Shown piece by piece: positions 6,041-17,345 of a stretch of DNA of 28,488 nucleotides (positions within the stretch are counted from its first letter, which is position 1; the number at the start of each line of letters is the position of its first letter). The stretch lies in the IMG/VR virus record IMGVR_UViG_3300020475_000931, positions 1-28,488 of that record. The stretch is one strand, 5' to 3'. Below the pieces are notes generated by a model. The model made no database searches and had not been told where the DNA came from. It saw only the letters and a program-made list of their open reading frames with translations. The translations under genes were made by a program, and so were the position numbers. The DNA comes from a virus. Lineage: Duplodnaviria > Caudoviricetes.

Positions 6041-9000
6041 TGATAGAAACCTCTTTATCCAGAGTCAAAATACACGAAGTAATTGAAAGTCAGATACCTG
6101 AAGCAATAGATTCTGACAATCCTTTACTTGGAACATTTCTAAAGCAATATTACATATCACAAGAGTTTCAAGGTGGTCCAGTTGATATTGCTGAGAATCT
6201 TACTGACTACAAGAGTGTTGATTTTTTAAATAAAGACAATCTTACTGGATTTACATCAACTTCTCAGTATACACAAAAGTTTTCTAACACAATATATGTT
6301 GACTCTACTAAAGGGTGGCCTAGTAAGTATGGTTTGCTCAAGATCGATGATGAGATAATCACTTATACAGGTATAGGTTCTACTTCATTTACAGGATGCG
6401 TTAGGGGGTTTAGTGGTATTGAGAATAGTGAAAAAACAAACTCTCCAGAATACCTCACATTTTCTAAATCAGGTCTTAGCACTCATGCAGAGAATGCACA
6501 GGTCAAGAATCTAAGTAATATTTTCTTACAGAAATTTTTCAAGAAAGTAAAGACACAAATATCTCCGGGTTTTGAGGATAGATCATTCACAGGAGATTTA
6601 AGCATATCAAATTTCCTAAGACAGTCAAAAGACTTCTATACTGCTAAAGGAACAGAAGAAGCGTATAAAATATTATTTGGAACTCTGTATAAAGAGAAGG
6701 TTGAATTAATTAAACCTCAAGAATTTCTTTTCAAACCATCAGATGCACAATATTCTGTAAATGACGTATTAATTTGCGAAAAGATATCAGGTGAACCTGA
6801 GAAAATTGTTAATCAATCTGTTATTCAAGGAGATGTGAGTGCATCAGTATTTGAAGTGGAGAATATTGTTATTCAGGGTAAGACTTACTATAAAATAAGA
6901 TTATCTTCTGATACAATTGTCGGATCTTTCAAACCCGTACAGAGAACTCACGTTACATCTAAAATTGAGAAAGCAGACACTGTTATATGTGTAGACTCTA
7001 CAGTTGGTTTTGCCAAATCTTCTTTTGTAACTATAGGAAGACGAAGATATGATTATACTGACAAAACTCTAACAGAATTTTTAAATGTAACTGGATTTGG
7101 TACCGCAAGTGTGGGTGAAGCAGTTGATTCGGGTGGGTTAGCGATCGCATATCAGAATGATAATCCTTCAAGATCCACAGAACTTAAAATATTGAATTCT
7201 GTCGTAGGTTTTGAAGGAACAGGTATTCTTCAGCAAAAAGGTAGTGAATATAATATTAAAACTCTTGGTGTCAAGAAGACAGACCTTAGATATAGTGAGT
7301 GGTTAGAGAATATTGCAACAAAGCATGTTGTAAAAGATTTCAAGACAATATCTACAGGAAACTTTGAACTTATATTGACTGCGAAACACTATTACAAGAC
7401 TGGAGAACTTATATCTGTCATAGACGCTGATGGTCAGAATCAAGATGGCACAATTACAGGTATATTGAATGATCAGGTTGTGTATATCAGTGCACCATCT
7501 CTTTTAGCGGGTAAACAGTATTACATACAGAAAAAATTAGAAAGACAAAATAATAACGTTGCAAATATTCAAAATACCTACGCTCAAGGTGATACTGTTG
7601 TTATAGCATCAAATAGTTTACCTCATTATCCAATAGATGTACAGAAGAGAATTAGAAACTTCAACACTTCTGGTGTTTCAACAATATCTCAAGTAATCAC
7701 AATACCAGATCACAATTTACAACATGGTGACATTGTTCTCTATACTCCTAGTGTAACAGGATCTCCTGTAGCAGGTCTCAGCACCGGTCAATCGTACTAT
7801 GTGACTAATCTATCCCAATCTACGATTTCACTCTCTCTATCAGCAGAGAACGCTCGTAGAAGTCAGTATGTCACTGTTTTTGATACTGCTGACATTGGAA
7901 CTAATACAAATCACTCTCTTACTCCGTTTGAAGTTGGTTTTGGAACTATTGGTGCTCAAAAATTACTTCGTAAATTTACACAACCAGAATACGGTTCTAC
8001 TAAGGATAAAACTGAAACTGGTAAAGGTGTAGGACTCTTTGTCAACGGTGTAGAAGCATATTCTTACAAATCTTCCGATAAAATTTACTATGGATCAGTA
8101 GAGACAATAAATGTATTGAATACAGGATCTGATTATGATGTAAATAATCCTCCTCGTATTTCCATACAGCAGAACGGACACGCGGGTGCAGGTGCATCTG
8201 TTATCGCTCATGTTAGCGGTAAATTAGAAGAGATACAAGTAACATCTCGTGGATTAGATTACAAAGGGACTCCTGATGTAAAAATTACCGGTGGTAATGG
8301 ACAGGCAACTGCTGAAGCGAAGATGAGACTCGCTCCACATGAAGTATTCTTTGATAGTACCAGTGTTGGTGGTGTTTTGAATACTAGTACTGACAAATTT
8401 ACATTTACTGGACCTCATGGATTCAAACATGGTGAAGAGATTGTCTACGGAACCGATGGTTCAACGACCATTGGAATTGGCACTACTCCGGGAAATCTTG
8501 TTAACAAATCAAGTTATTTTGTCATCAAGAATGACGACTTTACCCTATCACTTGCCAAAACCCGTAATGAGGCACTTGCAGGTATCTCAACACTTTCGAT
8601 TACAACCAGTGGTGGTGGATTGCATAAGTTTGAAACAAAAGAGTCTAGACTAAAAGTAGATAATATAGAAATTATTTCGTCAACTAATTTTGAAAATAGA
8701 GAAAACACTGTTGATAGTGTAGGTATTAATACGTTTACAGATGTAATAAACATATCTAATCACAGATACTCATCAGGAGAACTGATAAGATATCAAGGAG
8801 GAACTGTATCAGATATCTCTGGTCTTACATCTGGAAATGATTATTATGTTGTAAAGATTGATGATAATAATTTTAGAGTCTCTATTTCAACATCTTTAGT
8901 TGATTATGTAGAGATGACTCTACCCGGAACTGGAACACATACATTCAACTATCCACCAGTATCCGTAACTATTGATGGTACACAAGGAATATCAACTTCA

Positions 9001-12000
9001 AATGCGACTGCATCTGCTGTTATCAGAGGAGAAGTTGATGGAATTCACGTAAAAACAAAAGGTGATACTTTTGGTTCGCTCTTCATTAATGATAATTATA
9101 AACCCGATGCGGTGGTTATTGAAGGATCTAAATCAGCATTTGATCCTGTTATAATCAATGGAAAAATAGATTCTGTATCTATTAAGAGTGGTGGTAAGGA
9201 CTTCTTCAGTGTCCCTGACATAATTGTGAATGGTGATGGTGTGGGTGCAAAACTTATTGCACGAGTAGCGAATGGTGAGATTGTGGGTGTAGATGTAATA
9301 ACAAAAGGTGCCGGATATACTGAGAACGGAACTACCATCACTGCAAAAACTCCGGGTTCTGGTGTAATAATGTCATCCAACTTGAAGACATGGACTATCA
9401 ACAATGTTCAACGTTACGCTAATTTTGGTGATGTAAAAGATGATGATGGATTTTATGGCGAACTAAAGGTGGCAGACAACGGATATCCTTACGTAAATTA
9501 CTATGCTTCAAGAAAATTACGCAGTCATTTAGATGATAGTGGTACTGGTCACTCACCAATATTAGGATGGGCATATGACGGACATCCCATATATGGTCCA
9601 TATGCGTTTGAAAATACTGATGGTAGTGGACCTCTAAAATATATGCAATCCAGTTATGCCAAGATATCTGGGTTATCAAGAACAAATGGTCCCGCTTTGA
9701 CGGACTATGCTGCAGGATTTTTCATTGAAGACTATCAATTCCAAAAAGGATACGGCGACCTTGATGAGCATAATGGTAGATTTGCAGTAACACCAGAATA
9801 TCCAAATGGCGTATATGCATACTACATTACAGTTTCTCCAAATCCAGTATCTAATATTTTCTCACCTTTCCAAGGTAGAAGAGAACCTATTTTTCCTTAT
9901 ATTATTGGTGATACTTATAATTCTAAGTTATTACAGTATAACAATGAATTCACATCAACACAGGATTCTTTACCTGAAGATTTATTAAGAAACACTGAGA
10001 AATATAACTTAGAGGACTATTCAGGTGTTGCTGCTAGTGCAAAGACAAAAGTAAGTATCGCTAAAATAAAAAATACTCAAAAGGGATCTGTTGACTCTGT
10101 TAAGATTGTAGAGGGTGGCACAAATTATAATGTAGGAGATAAACTTACTTTTGACAATTCAAATACAGATGGTTTTGGTTCATTTGGTAAAGTTACTGAA
10201 CTAGTTGGAGTTGCTGCAACTGTCATCACCTCTACTATAAAAATCAAGAAAAGAATTGAACTATATGCTAAAGGTAAAACTGTAACAGGTATTGTTACAA
10301 CAGGTATACATGATTATGTGACTGGAACACCTATAAAGATTAGTGGTATTTCATCTGCAACCTTTAGTGGATTAGAGGGCACATATCCAATTAAGGTTGA
10401 TTTTGTAAGAAGTGGATTGGGAACATCTCTCCTTGCAAGTGGTCTGACGACTACAATCACTCTTCGAGACGATATAGACATTTTTGATAATAACGCTATT
10501 GTGCAGGTAGGCGATGAGCAGATGAGAGTGATTGCACACGATCGTCTCAATCAGAAGATTACACTTCTACGTGCTCAGAACGGAACTACAGGTGTTGCAC
10601 ATACAGATAGAGCAGAAATCTATCAAAGAGAAAATAAGTTTACATATGAGATTGATAGACCGATAGATGCTGCAACTCCCATCAATGAGTCACTCTTTTT
10701 TGATGCCACAACAAATATTGGTGTAGGTCTTACAAGTGGGGTAGGAATCGGCACTACAGTATCGTTCGTGGGTGCAGGAAACATATCTACCACCACATTT
10801 CTTCCAGTCAAGTCAATAAGACTTCCCGGTCACCCATTTGATCACGGTGATCCTCTAACTTATACACCTAATAATGGAACAAATTTATTATATTCATTTG
10901 ATGGCAGTAATACACACTTCTTACCAAATACAGGATTATTTGTACAAAAAATCAATAATGATCTAATTGGTATAGTGACGAATGCTTATCAGATTGAAAA
11001 CAAGCACGATAGAGTCTTTATAACTGGAAATGCCGGTGTAGGTAATAGTCATTCATTTAGAACAAACAGAAACGTTGCAACTGCTGATGCAACTACATTT
11101 GAAGTCACTGTTTCTACTGCTACAACGCATCATCTTGACAGTTTCGATGAAATCGACATGAAAATCGTTTCTGCAGGATCAAGTACACTTAATATTAATT
11201 ACGACCCCGGAACAAAGTTTATAAGTATTGGTTCATCTAATAACCCACCAATTATAACCACAGTTGGTGAGAAACTCATATTCGATACTTCTGATGCTGA
11301 TTTATCAGGAACACAACTTGACTTCTTCTTAGATCAAAAATTTACGAAAACATTTGTAGGTTCTGGTAAATCTACAGTAGAACGAACTGATAATCTCGTT
11401 CCCGGAATTACATCTGCAAGAACTACAATTCATTTAACAGAAAATGTGCCCGATGTTTTATATTATAAGTTCTCATCTGTTTCTAGCAAAATAGTCGATG
11501 TTGATGAAGATGTCACGGATTATGGTAAGATCATTGTAAAAGCAAGTGAATTTTCAGGTAAACATTCTCTAACAACATCTACAGGTACAACATTCTCATT
11601 CTTGACTGGTGGACTACCAGAAAGAGTTGGATATACAAGTGAATCGAGTATAATTTATACTACCACTTCTACAAACGCTCGTGGATCTATTTCAAGAGCT
11701 CTTCTTGAGGAAGGTGGACTAAACTACAAAGATTTACCAAAAGTTTCTGTTGCTTCTACCACAGGTAAATCAGCAGTGATATTAGCAGAAACTGAAACTG
11801 CCGGTAAATTACTAACCACAGAAATTTTAGAATTTGGATATGATTATCCTTCAGATCCAACATTAACACCTGAAGCATCTGTACCAAATATTATTACACT
11901 AAAAGATAATTTTAGTCTAAAATCTATAGGAATCACTTCTACCGGTTCTAAGTATCTAACTGCACCTGATATTATCGTTTACAACAGAGAAGATGATGTA

Positions 12001-14217
12001 GTGAACACAAGTATAGAGGCAGTAGCAAATCTTGCGGGTTCATCTGTAAATAATGTCCGAATTATCAATTCTGGTGGTAATTTGAAGAGTACAGACACTG
12101 AAGTTTTTGCTATCAACAATACAAATGGTGTTGGTATTATAAGTGCAACATATTCAGATCCTACTGTCACTTTGAGATTGCAGACACCTTCAGGTGGATT
12201 TACAACAGCACTGCCCTTACCATTCACAATAGGTGATGAAATTTTTGTTGAAAACATTGGTGTATCGACAGGAAATGGTTATAATTCTTCTGATTTCCAG
12301 TATTCATACTTTGTTGTAAGCGGTGTCAATACAAATGCAGGTCTTGTAAATCAGGCGACCATCACATATAATGTAAACAAAAATCCCGGAATTCATAATT
12401 TTCAGAATTTTGGTATTGTAACTAAGAAATCTGATATTGCACAATTCAACGCCATACTTGAGGAGGGTTCCTTCTTCTCCGGAGAAGAAGTTTATAGTGA
12501 CAATGCAACAACAAACATTTCTAAAGGACAAGATAGTTCTACAAATATTATTCGAGTTGATTCTATTGATGGACTCGATGTCGGAGATTTAGTATCAGGC
12601 AGAACTTCTAGAGCATCAGGTATAATAGAAAGTATCACCCCAAATACAGGTAGATTCACATTAGGGTCTACATTGAAAAAGGCATTTGGTTGGCAAAAAG
12701 ATACTGGTAAAACAAACGAGTTCTTCCAAAGAATACAAGATAATGATTATTATCAAAACTTTTCTTACTCTCTCAAATCTCTTGTAGGAATATCAAGTTG
12801 GAGTGAACCAGTTGAATCATTGGCACATCCGGCAGGATTCAAAAAACATTCCGATCTATTAGTTCCTTCAGTAGGATCTGTTGGACTTGGATCTACAGTT
12901 TCAGCAAGAGAGCAAGTTATATCTTCTATTGTTCTTATTGATAATGTAGCAGACACAAATTGTAAGCATGACTTTGATTTAGTCAGAGAAATTACTGACT
13001 CTACTCAAACTAAGAGTGATAAGGTTGTATTTCAATCAAATAAGTTTGGTAATGCTTTAGTTTGTAAAACAAACAGAGTTTTGGAAATAGATGATATTAG
13101 TCCACAATTCTATACCGATCCAAATTTAATAAGATCAGCAGAAATTGATACTTGGTCTGCTGCTGATTTTACTGCAGTAAAATACTATGCTCAAGTAGTC
13201 CTTGACTCTACTGCAGGTGTGTTGGTAAATGAAACACAGTATTCAGAATTTATTGTGTCACATAATGGTGTGGTATCAATGATCAATCAATACTCAGATT
13301 TATCAGATTCTTTTGATCTTGGTGATTTTACTGCAGATATGGCGAGTGGTCAGGTTTCAGTATCATTCAGTCCTTATAATAGCACCTTTGTTTATGATAT
13401 AACGGTGTATCGTGAGGTCTTGAATCAGGGTGTGGGTGTTGGTACTACGTCCTACGGTGGTATAAAGAAAGTCGGTGTTTCAGCTTTTGTTGCAGCATCA
13501 GGTTCTCCTTCCGAACAGATCATTCAAACAATCGATGCTAATGCATTCAAGTCTGGAACCGTTCTTGTTGCTGTAACTGGAAATCCAAAAGAGAAGGAAA
13601 TCTTAGAAGCAAGTTTTGTTGGTATAGGATCTACAGTTCAATATATTGAATATGGCAAGATGAAAGAGGATATGGATTTAGGGACATTCAATGTGGGTAT
13701 GACCACCACAAATAATTTACAAATCAAATTTACTCCTACTGCAGGTATAGGTGTGACAATTGCAACACTGGCAACTCTTGTAGGTGTAGGAACCACTGTT
13801 TCTAACGGTATACCTTCTGGATCCTATGAGGTGGGTGATGCTTATCTACAGTCAAATAGAACTGAGATATCAGCATCTGGAACTCCTGCTGCTACTAATG
13901 TATCCTCTTTATCATATGGTAATTACACCAGTGTTAAATATTATGTGGAAGTTGAGAACGTTACTAATAACGAATATTCAACATTTCATGTCGCTGCTAA
14001 CGCATATGAGGGTGATTCTAATTATGTCAAGTATGGAAATGTCTCTACTGGTCTAACTGCTAGACGAGATATTCAGAATACAGACATTATTGTTTCTGGT
14101 TCCAGTGTAATTTTACAATTTACTCCTATGGAAAATAGAGATTACATTGTAAGAGTATCTGAAATAAGAATCGACAAACCTGATAATGTTAATAACGATA
14201 CTACAATAGAATACTAA
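6040..14217 (+). CDS. gp7: Giant baseplate wedge initiator gp7-like protein (N-terminal part), with YHYH-like and beta-repeat insertions
   Basis: Position between gp6 and gp8. Motifs FLKQYYISQEFQGGP, KDFYTAKGTEEAYKILF and IQDNDYYQNFSYSLKS...HPAGFKKH are typical of cyanophage gp7. Confidence 0.85.
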   Translation: MIETSLSRVKIHEVIESQIPEAIDSDNPLLGTFLKQYYISQEFQGGPVDIAENLTDYKSVDFLNKDNLTGFTSTSQYTQKFSNTIYVDSTKGWPSKYGLLKIDDEIITYTGIGSTSFTGCVRGFSGIENSEKTNSPEYLTFSKSGLSTHAENAQVKNLSNIFLQKFFKKVKTQISPGFEDRSFTGDLSISNFLRQSKDFYTAKGTEEAYKILFGTLYKEKVELIKPQEFLFKPSDAQYSVNDVLICEKISGEPEKIVNQSVIQGDVSASVFEVENIVIQGKTYYKIRLSSDTIVGSFKPVQRTHVTSKIEKADTVICVDSTVGFAKSSFVTIGRRRYDYTDKTLTEFLNVTGFGTASVGEAVDSGGLAIAYQNDNPSRSTELKILNSVVGFEGTGILQQKGSEYNIKTLGVKKTDLRYSEWLENIATKHVVKDFKTISTGNFELILTAKHYYKTGELISVIDADGQNQDGTITGILNDQVVYISAPSLLAGKQYYIQKKLERQNNNVANIQNTYAQGDTVVIASNSLPHYPIDVQKRIRNFNTSGVSTISQVITIPDHNLQHGDIVLYTPSVTGSPVAGLSTGQSYYVTNLSQSTISLSLSAENARRSQYVTVFDTADIGTNTNHSLTPFEVGFGTIGAQKLLRKFTQPEYGSTKDKTETGKGVGLFVNGVEAYSYKSSDKIYYGSVETINVLNTGSDYDVNNPPRISIQQNGHAGAGASVIAHVSGKLEEIQVTSRGLDYKGTPDVKITGGNGQATAEAKMRLAPHEVFFDSTSVGGVLNTSTDKFTFTGPHGFKHGEEIVYGTDGSTTIGIGTTPGNLVNKSSYFVIKNDDFTLSLAKTRNEALAGISTLSITTSGGGLHKFETKESRLKVDNIEIISSTNFENRENTVDSVGINTFTDVINISNHRYSSGELIRYQGGTVSDISGLTSGNDYYVVKIDDNNFRVSISTSLVDYVEMTLPGTGTHTFNYPPVSVTIDGTQGISTSNATASAVIRGEVDGIHVKTKGDTFGSLFINDNYKPDAVVIEGSKSAFDPVIINGKIDSVSIKSGGKDFFSVPDIIVNGDGVGAKLIARVANGEIVGVDVITKGAGYTENGTTITAKTPGSGVIMSSNLKTWTINNVQRYANFGDVKDDDGFYGELKVADNGYPYVNYYASRKLRSHLDDSGTGHSPILGWAYDGHPIYGPYAFENTDGSGPLKYMQSSYAKISGLSRTNGPALTDYAAGFFIEDYQFQKGYGDLDEHNGRFAVTPEYPNGVYAYYITVSPNPVSNIFSPFQGRREPIFPYIIGDTYNSKLLQYNNEFTSTQDSLPEDLLRNTEKYNLEDYSGVAASAKTKVSIAKIKNTQKGSVDSVKIVEGGTNYNVGDKLTFDNSNTDGFGSFGKVTELVGVAATVITSTIKIKKRIELYAKGKTVTGIVTTGIHDYVTGTPIKISGISSATFSGLEGTYPIKVDFVRSGLGTSLLASGLTTTITLRDDIDIFDNNAIVQVGDEQMRVIAHDRLNQKITLLRAQNGTTGVAHTDRAEIYQRENKFTYEIDRPIDAATPINESLFFDATTNIGVGLTSGVGIGTTVSFVGAGNISTTTFLPVKSIRLPGHPFDHGDPLTYTPNNGTNLLYSFDGSNTHFLPNTGLFVQKINNDLIGIVTNAYQIENKHDRVFITGNAGVGNSHSFRTNRNVATADATTFEVTVSTATTHHLDSFDEIDMKIVSAGSSTLNINYDPGTKFISIGSSNNPPIITTVGEKLIFDTSDADLSGTQLDFFLDQKFTKTFVGSGKSTVERTDNLVPGITSARTTIHLTENVPDVLYYKFSSVSSKIVDVDEDVTDYGKIIVKASEFSGKHSLTTSTGTTFSFLTGGLPERVGYTSESSIIYTTTSTNARGSISRALLEEGGLNYKDLPKVSVASTTGKSAVILAETETAGKLLTTEILEFGYDYPSDPTLTPEASVPNIITLKDNFSLKSIGITSTGSKYLTAPDIIVYNREDDVVNTSIEAVANLAGSSVNNVRIINSGGNLKSTDTEVFAINNTNGVGIISATYSDPTVTLRLQTPSGGFTTALPLPFTIGDEIFVENIGVSTGNGYNSSDFQYSYFVVSGVNTNAGLVNQATITYNVNKNPGIHNFQNFGIVTKKSDIAQFNAILEEGSFFSGEEVYSDNATTNISKGQDSSTNIIRVDSIDGLDVGDLVSGRTSRASGIIESITPNTGRFTLGSTLKKAFGWQKDTGKTNEFFQRIQDNDYYQNFSYSLKSLVGISSWSEPVESLAHPAGFKKHSDLLVPSVGSVGLGSTVSAREQVISSIVLIDNVADTNCKHDFDLVREITDSTQTKSDKVVFQSNKFGNALVCKTNRVLEIDDISPQFYTDPNLIRSAEIDTWSAADFTAVKYYAQVVLDSTAGVLVNETQYSEFIVSHNGVVSMINQYSDLSDSFDLGDFTADMASGQVSVSFSPYNSTFVYDITVYREVLNQGVGVGTTSYGGIKKVGVSAFVAASGSPSEQIIQTIDANAFKSGTVLVAVTGNPKEKEILEASFVGIGSTVQYIEYGKMKEDMDLGTFNVGMTTTNNLQIKFTPTAGIGVTIATLATLVGVGTTVSNGIPSGSYEVGDAYLQSNRTEISASGTPAATNVSSLSYGNYTSVKYYVEVENVTNNEYSTFHVAANAYEGDSNYVKYGNVSTGLTARRDIQNTDIIVSGSSVILQFTPMENRDYIVRVSEIRIDKPDNVNNDTTIEY

Positions 14218-17200
14218 TGTTTAAAATAGGATCAGTAAATAAAAAATTCAATAAAGAAACTGAAACCTTTAGGTATTCATTTCACCTAACTCATAAGGGA
14301 GATCCTATCTTCCTAAAATCTTTTAGTGGGTCAGACACTTCTAAGGTCTTAATAGGTTCAGATACAATCGTATTGAATAATCATTTCTTCACTACAGGTG
14401 AGGAGTTAGAATATTTTGCAGATGATGCAGCGATAGGTATAGATCACACCAGTAGTGGTGTTGGTGGTGCCACTAGATTACCGACGAAGGTTTATGCTAT
14501 AAAGGTCAATGAAAGTAAAATAAAACTTGCAGCAACACCTGCTTTAGCAGCAGCAGGAACACATATTGGGCTGACAACTGTCGGTGTTGGAGTAAGTCAT
14601 TCCTTTACAGCAAAGAAACAAAATAGTAAGGTTATGGTAGCACTGGATAATATAATTCAGTCTCCTCTTTATAATAAGGTTGGTGCTGCTACTACAACAG
14701 TATCAATTTTGAACAGAGTTATATCACTATATGATGCTAGTATATTCAAATCATATGATCTTATAAAAATTGATGACGAGATCATGAGAATTCAAGTTGT
14801 TGGGTATAATGGTAATCCGAATAATGTGTTTGTGGATAGAGAATGGATGGGCACACAAACAGCAGCACATACAAATGGATCTACTGTTCAATTAGTAAAA
14901 GGTGACTATAACATTATCAAAGATAGAATAACTTTTGCTGATGTTCCTTTTGGTGGTATAAAGCAAACTGTTGGTGTAAGTTCAAATCAATTCAATATAG
15001 CAGCAAATAGTTTTACAGCACTATCAGATTTCTTAGTCACTGGATCAGAAGTCAGATTACGAAGTGTCAATCCTCCTGCACCTTTGGTGGGGAATGATAA
15101 TTATTTCTTGATCAAGAATGGTGTTAATAATTTTTCTATCGCATCAAATAAAGGTGATGCCCTTGTTGGTGCTGCTATCACACTTACATCTGCAGGTATA
15201 GGAACTCATAATTTCTTATTTGTAGATACTTCAAATGGAAGTTCATTCCAAGGTAGATCTTTCATTAGATCCGACTACACAGGAAATGTGGTCATGGATG
15301 ATGTATCAGGTGGTTTTACTGGTATAGCAAAGACATTTACAGTTACAAGTTCAGGAGTCAATACAACAGGTATTACAAGCGATTTTGGTGCTATACTCGT
15401 AAATAATATATTCCAAAAACCAGAAGTAGATTATGACTTTATAGGTGGTTCTGCTACAGGAATTACCTCAATTAGATTTACAGGTAACAGTACAAATACT
15501 ATAAATTTAAGTGATGTAAATTCAAATAATTTACCTAGAAAAGGTCTTATAGTTTCAATAGCAAATTCGGAGGGGTATGGATATCAACAACGACAAGTGG
15601 GAACAGGAACCGCAGTGGTCACGGGATTTGGCACGATTACTGTTGCAATCGGATTTAGTGGATCAGGATACAGAAATCCTCCTACTACTTATCGAATACT
15701 GGTCAATGGCGGAAATCCTACGGTTGGGAGTTCTGGCACATTTACAGTCGAGGGGGGACATGTAAAGGATGTGTTTATGAATCCTGTGGGCACAGGATAT
15801 ACACATACCGATGTACCTAGAATTACTTTTGATAGTCCAGTTGGATATGATGATTTACAACTTATCAGTTCTTCAACAGGTATTGGTGCATCAGTAACTG
15901 TGAATGTGGGTGCAGGTCTTAGTATCTCGTCATTTAATTTGAATAATATTGGATATGGTTTCACACAAGGAGAACAATTACGTATTGCGGGAATACCGAC
16001 TGTCACGAGTATTGGATCTACATTCAAAAACGCTGTATTTACAGTAACTGAAACGAGGGATGATGAATTTGCAGGATGGGTATTTGGTAAGTTACAAGTT
16101 TTAGATGATTTTTCTGAAGAATTTGATGGTCGTAAAAAAGTCTTTACAATGACTGAGAATAAAGAAGCCCTGAGTGTTGAGAAAAATGCAGGTTCACTTA
16201 TAGATTTAGAGAATAACTTACTAATATTTTTGAATGATATTATACAAGAACCCAATGTTGCATATGTCTTTAGCGGTGGAACTCAAATTGAGTTTACTGA
16301 ACCTCCTGTAGAAGGAACATCTCTACAAGTCCTATTGTATAGAGGAACTGATTCTGATGTTGCTACAGAAGGAGCATTACAAACAATCAAGACTGGTGAC
16401 AGTATAACAATAAGAAAGAGTAATGGTGAAATTACTCCTGTCACACAGAATGAAAGAATTGTTGCTGCGATTACATCAAGAGATACATTAAGAACTAACA
16501 TATATTCTCAGCAAGGAATATCAAATCAGATCTCACCACTAAGACCTGTAGTTTGGTGTAAGCAACAGGATGATCTAATTGTTGATGGTGCTATAGCAAG
16601 TAAATCAAGAGATCTTTATGATGCTAGAGTGAAACCTGCAGCAAGAATAATAAAGAATGTCAGCACAAGTGATAACTCCTTCTATACAGGGGGTGGGTCT
16701 GTTGTATTCAGCACAACAGAAGATCCTAATACATCAACATTTGATATTCAAATTGTAGATGCTGATAAAAATAATACTGGGTTTGGAACTACCACATTTA
16801 CAAACCCTGTTGAGACAGTAACAGGAGTATCTGTTTCCGGAGATCATGGTGTGATAACTGGTATTGGAACAACTGCACAAGGAATACAGTTCAACATGCA
16901 TATACCACTATCATCACCAATCAGAGATAATGCTTTTGGTGGTTTCACTAAGACAGGAATTTCAACTGGAGATTACTTCTTAGTAAGTAGATCAAATGTT
17001 GGAAGTGGAGTGACTGCATTATCTCAAGATAGAACAGTTGCTATTTCATCATGCTCTGACCTTATAGATACTGTGTACCAAGTGTCTCATATAGAAGATA
17101 TCGCACCTATAGGTTCTGCATCTTCTGTTAGAGTTCATGTAAACGTAGAGACCGGTCATGGTCTAAACTTTACAGGACTAGGTTCAGGGGTTGGAAACTA

Positions 17201-17345
17201 TTACGGTGACTACAGTTGGGCAAAATTCAGTTCATCTAGAACCACTGGAATAGCATTCACTTGTAATGCCTCTGATGGACTTACAGGTCTGTCTACTGCA
17301 CCAACAATAGTTCGCACAACGAAACTATCACTAGATTATACCTAA
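14217..17345 (+). CDS. Baseplate-associated structural protein, probably the separated C-terminal part of cyanophage gp7
   Basis: TAATG-coupled to gp7 and has the same repeat types (NHFFTTGEELEY, LIKIDDEIMRI). It also carries LDNIIQSP, LLIFLNDIIQEP and YYGDYSWAK, which I recall from the C-termini of single-chain cyanophage gp7 proteins. Confidence 0.7.
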   Translation: MFKIGSVNKKFNKETETFRYSFHLTHKGDPIFLKSFSGSDTSKVLIGSDTIVLNNHFFTTGEELEYFADDAAIGIDHTSSGVGGATRLPTKVYAIKVNESKIKLAATPALAAAGTHIGLTTVGVGVSHSFTAKKQNSKVMVALDNIIQSPLYNKVGAATTTVSILNRVISLYDASIFKSYDLIKIDDEIMRIQVVGYNGNPNNVFVDREWMGTQTAAHTNGSTVQLVKGDYNIIKDRITFADVPFGGIKQTVGVSSNQFNIAANSFTALSDFLVTGSEVRLRSVNPPAPLVGNDNYFLIKNGVNNFSIASNKGDALVGAAITLTSAGIGTHNFLFVDTSNGSSFQGRSFIRSDYTGNVVMDDVSGGFTGIAKTFTVTSSGVNTTGITSDFGAILVNNIFQKPEVDYDFIGGSATGITSIRFTGNSTNTINLSDVNSNNLPRKGLIVSIANSEGYGYQQRQVGTGTAVVTGFGTITVAIGFSGSGYRNPPTTYRILVNGGNPTVGSSGTFTVEGGHVKDVFMNPVGTGYTHTDVPRITFDSPVGYDDLQLISSSTGIGASVTVNVGAGLSISSFNLNNIGYGFTQGEQLRIAGIPTVTSIGSTFKNAVFTVTETRDDEFAGWVFGKLQVLDDFSEEFDGRKKVFTMTENKEALSVEKNAGSLIDLENNLLIFLNDIIQEPNVAYVFSGGTQIEFTEPPVEGTSLQVLLYRGTDSDVATEGALQTIKTGDSITIRKSNGEITPVTQNERIVAAITSRDTLRTNIYSQQGISNQISPLRPVVWCKQQDDLIVDGAIASKSRDLYDARVKPAARIIKNVSTSDNSFYTGGGSVVFSTTEDPNTSTFDIQIVDADKNNTGFGTTTFTNPVETVTGVSVSGDHGVITGIGTTAQGIQFNMHIPLSSPIRDNAFGGFTKTGISTGDYFLVSRSNVGSGVTALSQDRTVAISSCSDLIDTVYQVSHIEDIAPIGSASSVRVHVNVETGHGLNFTGLGSGVGNYYGDYSWAKFSSSRTTGIAFTCNASDGLTGLSTAPTIVRTTKLSLDYT

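Noticed and set aside
14200-14225. Programmed -1 frameshift fusing gp7 to the next ORF
   Set aside because: No X-XXY-YYZ slippery site or obvious downstream structure. The TAATG junction matches ordinary translational coupling used elsewhere in the operon.
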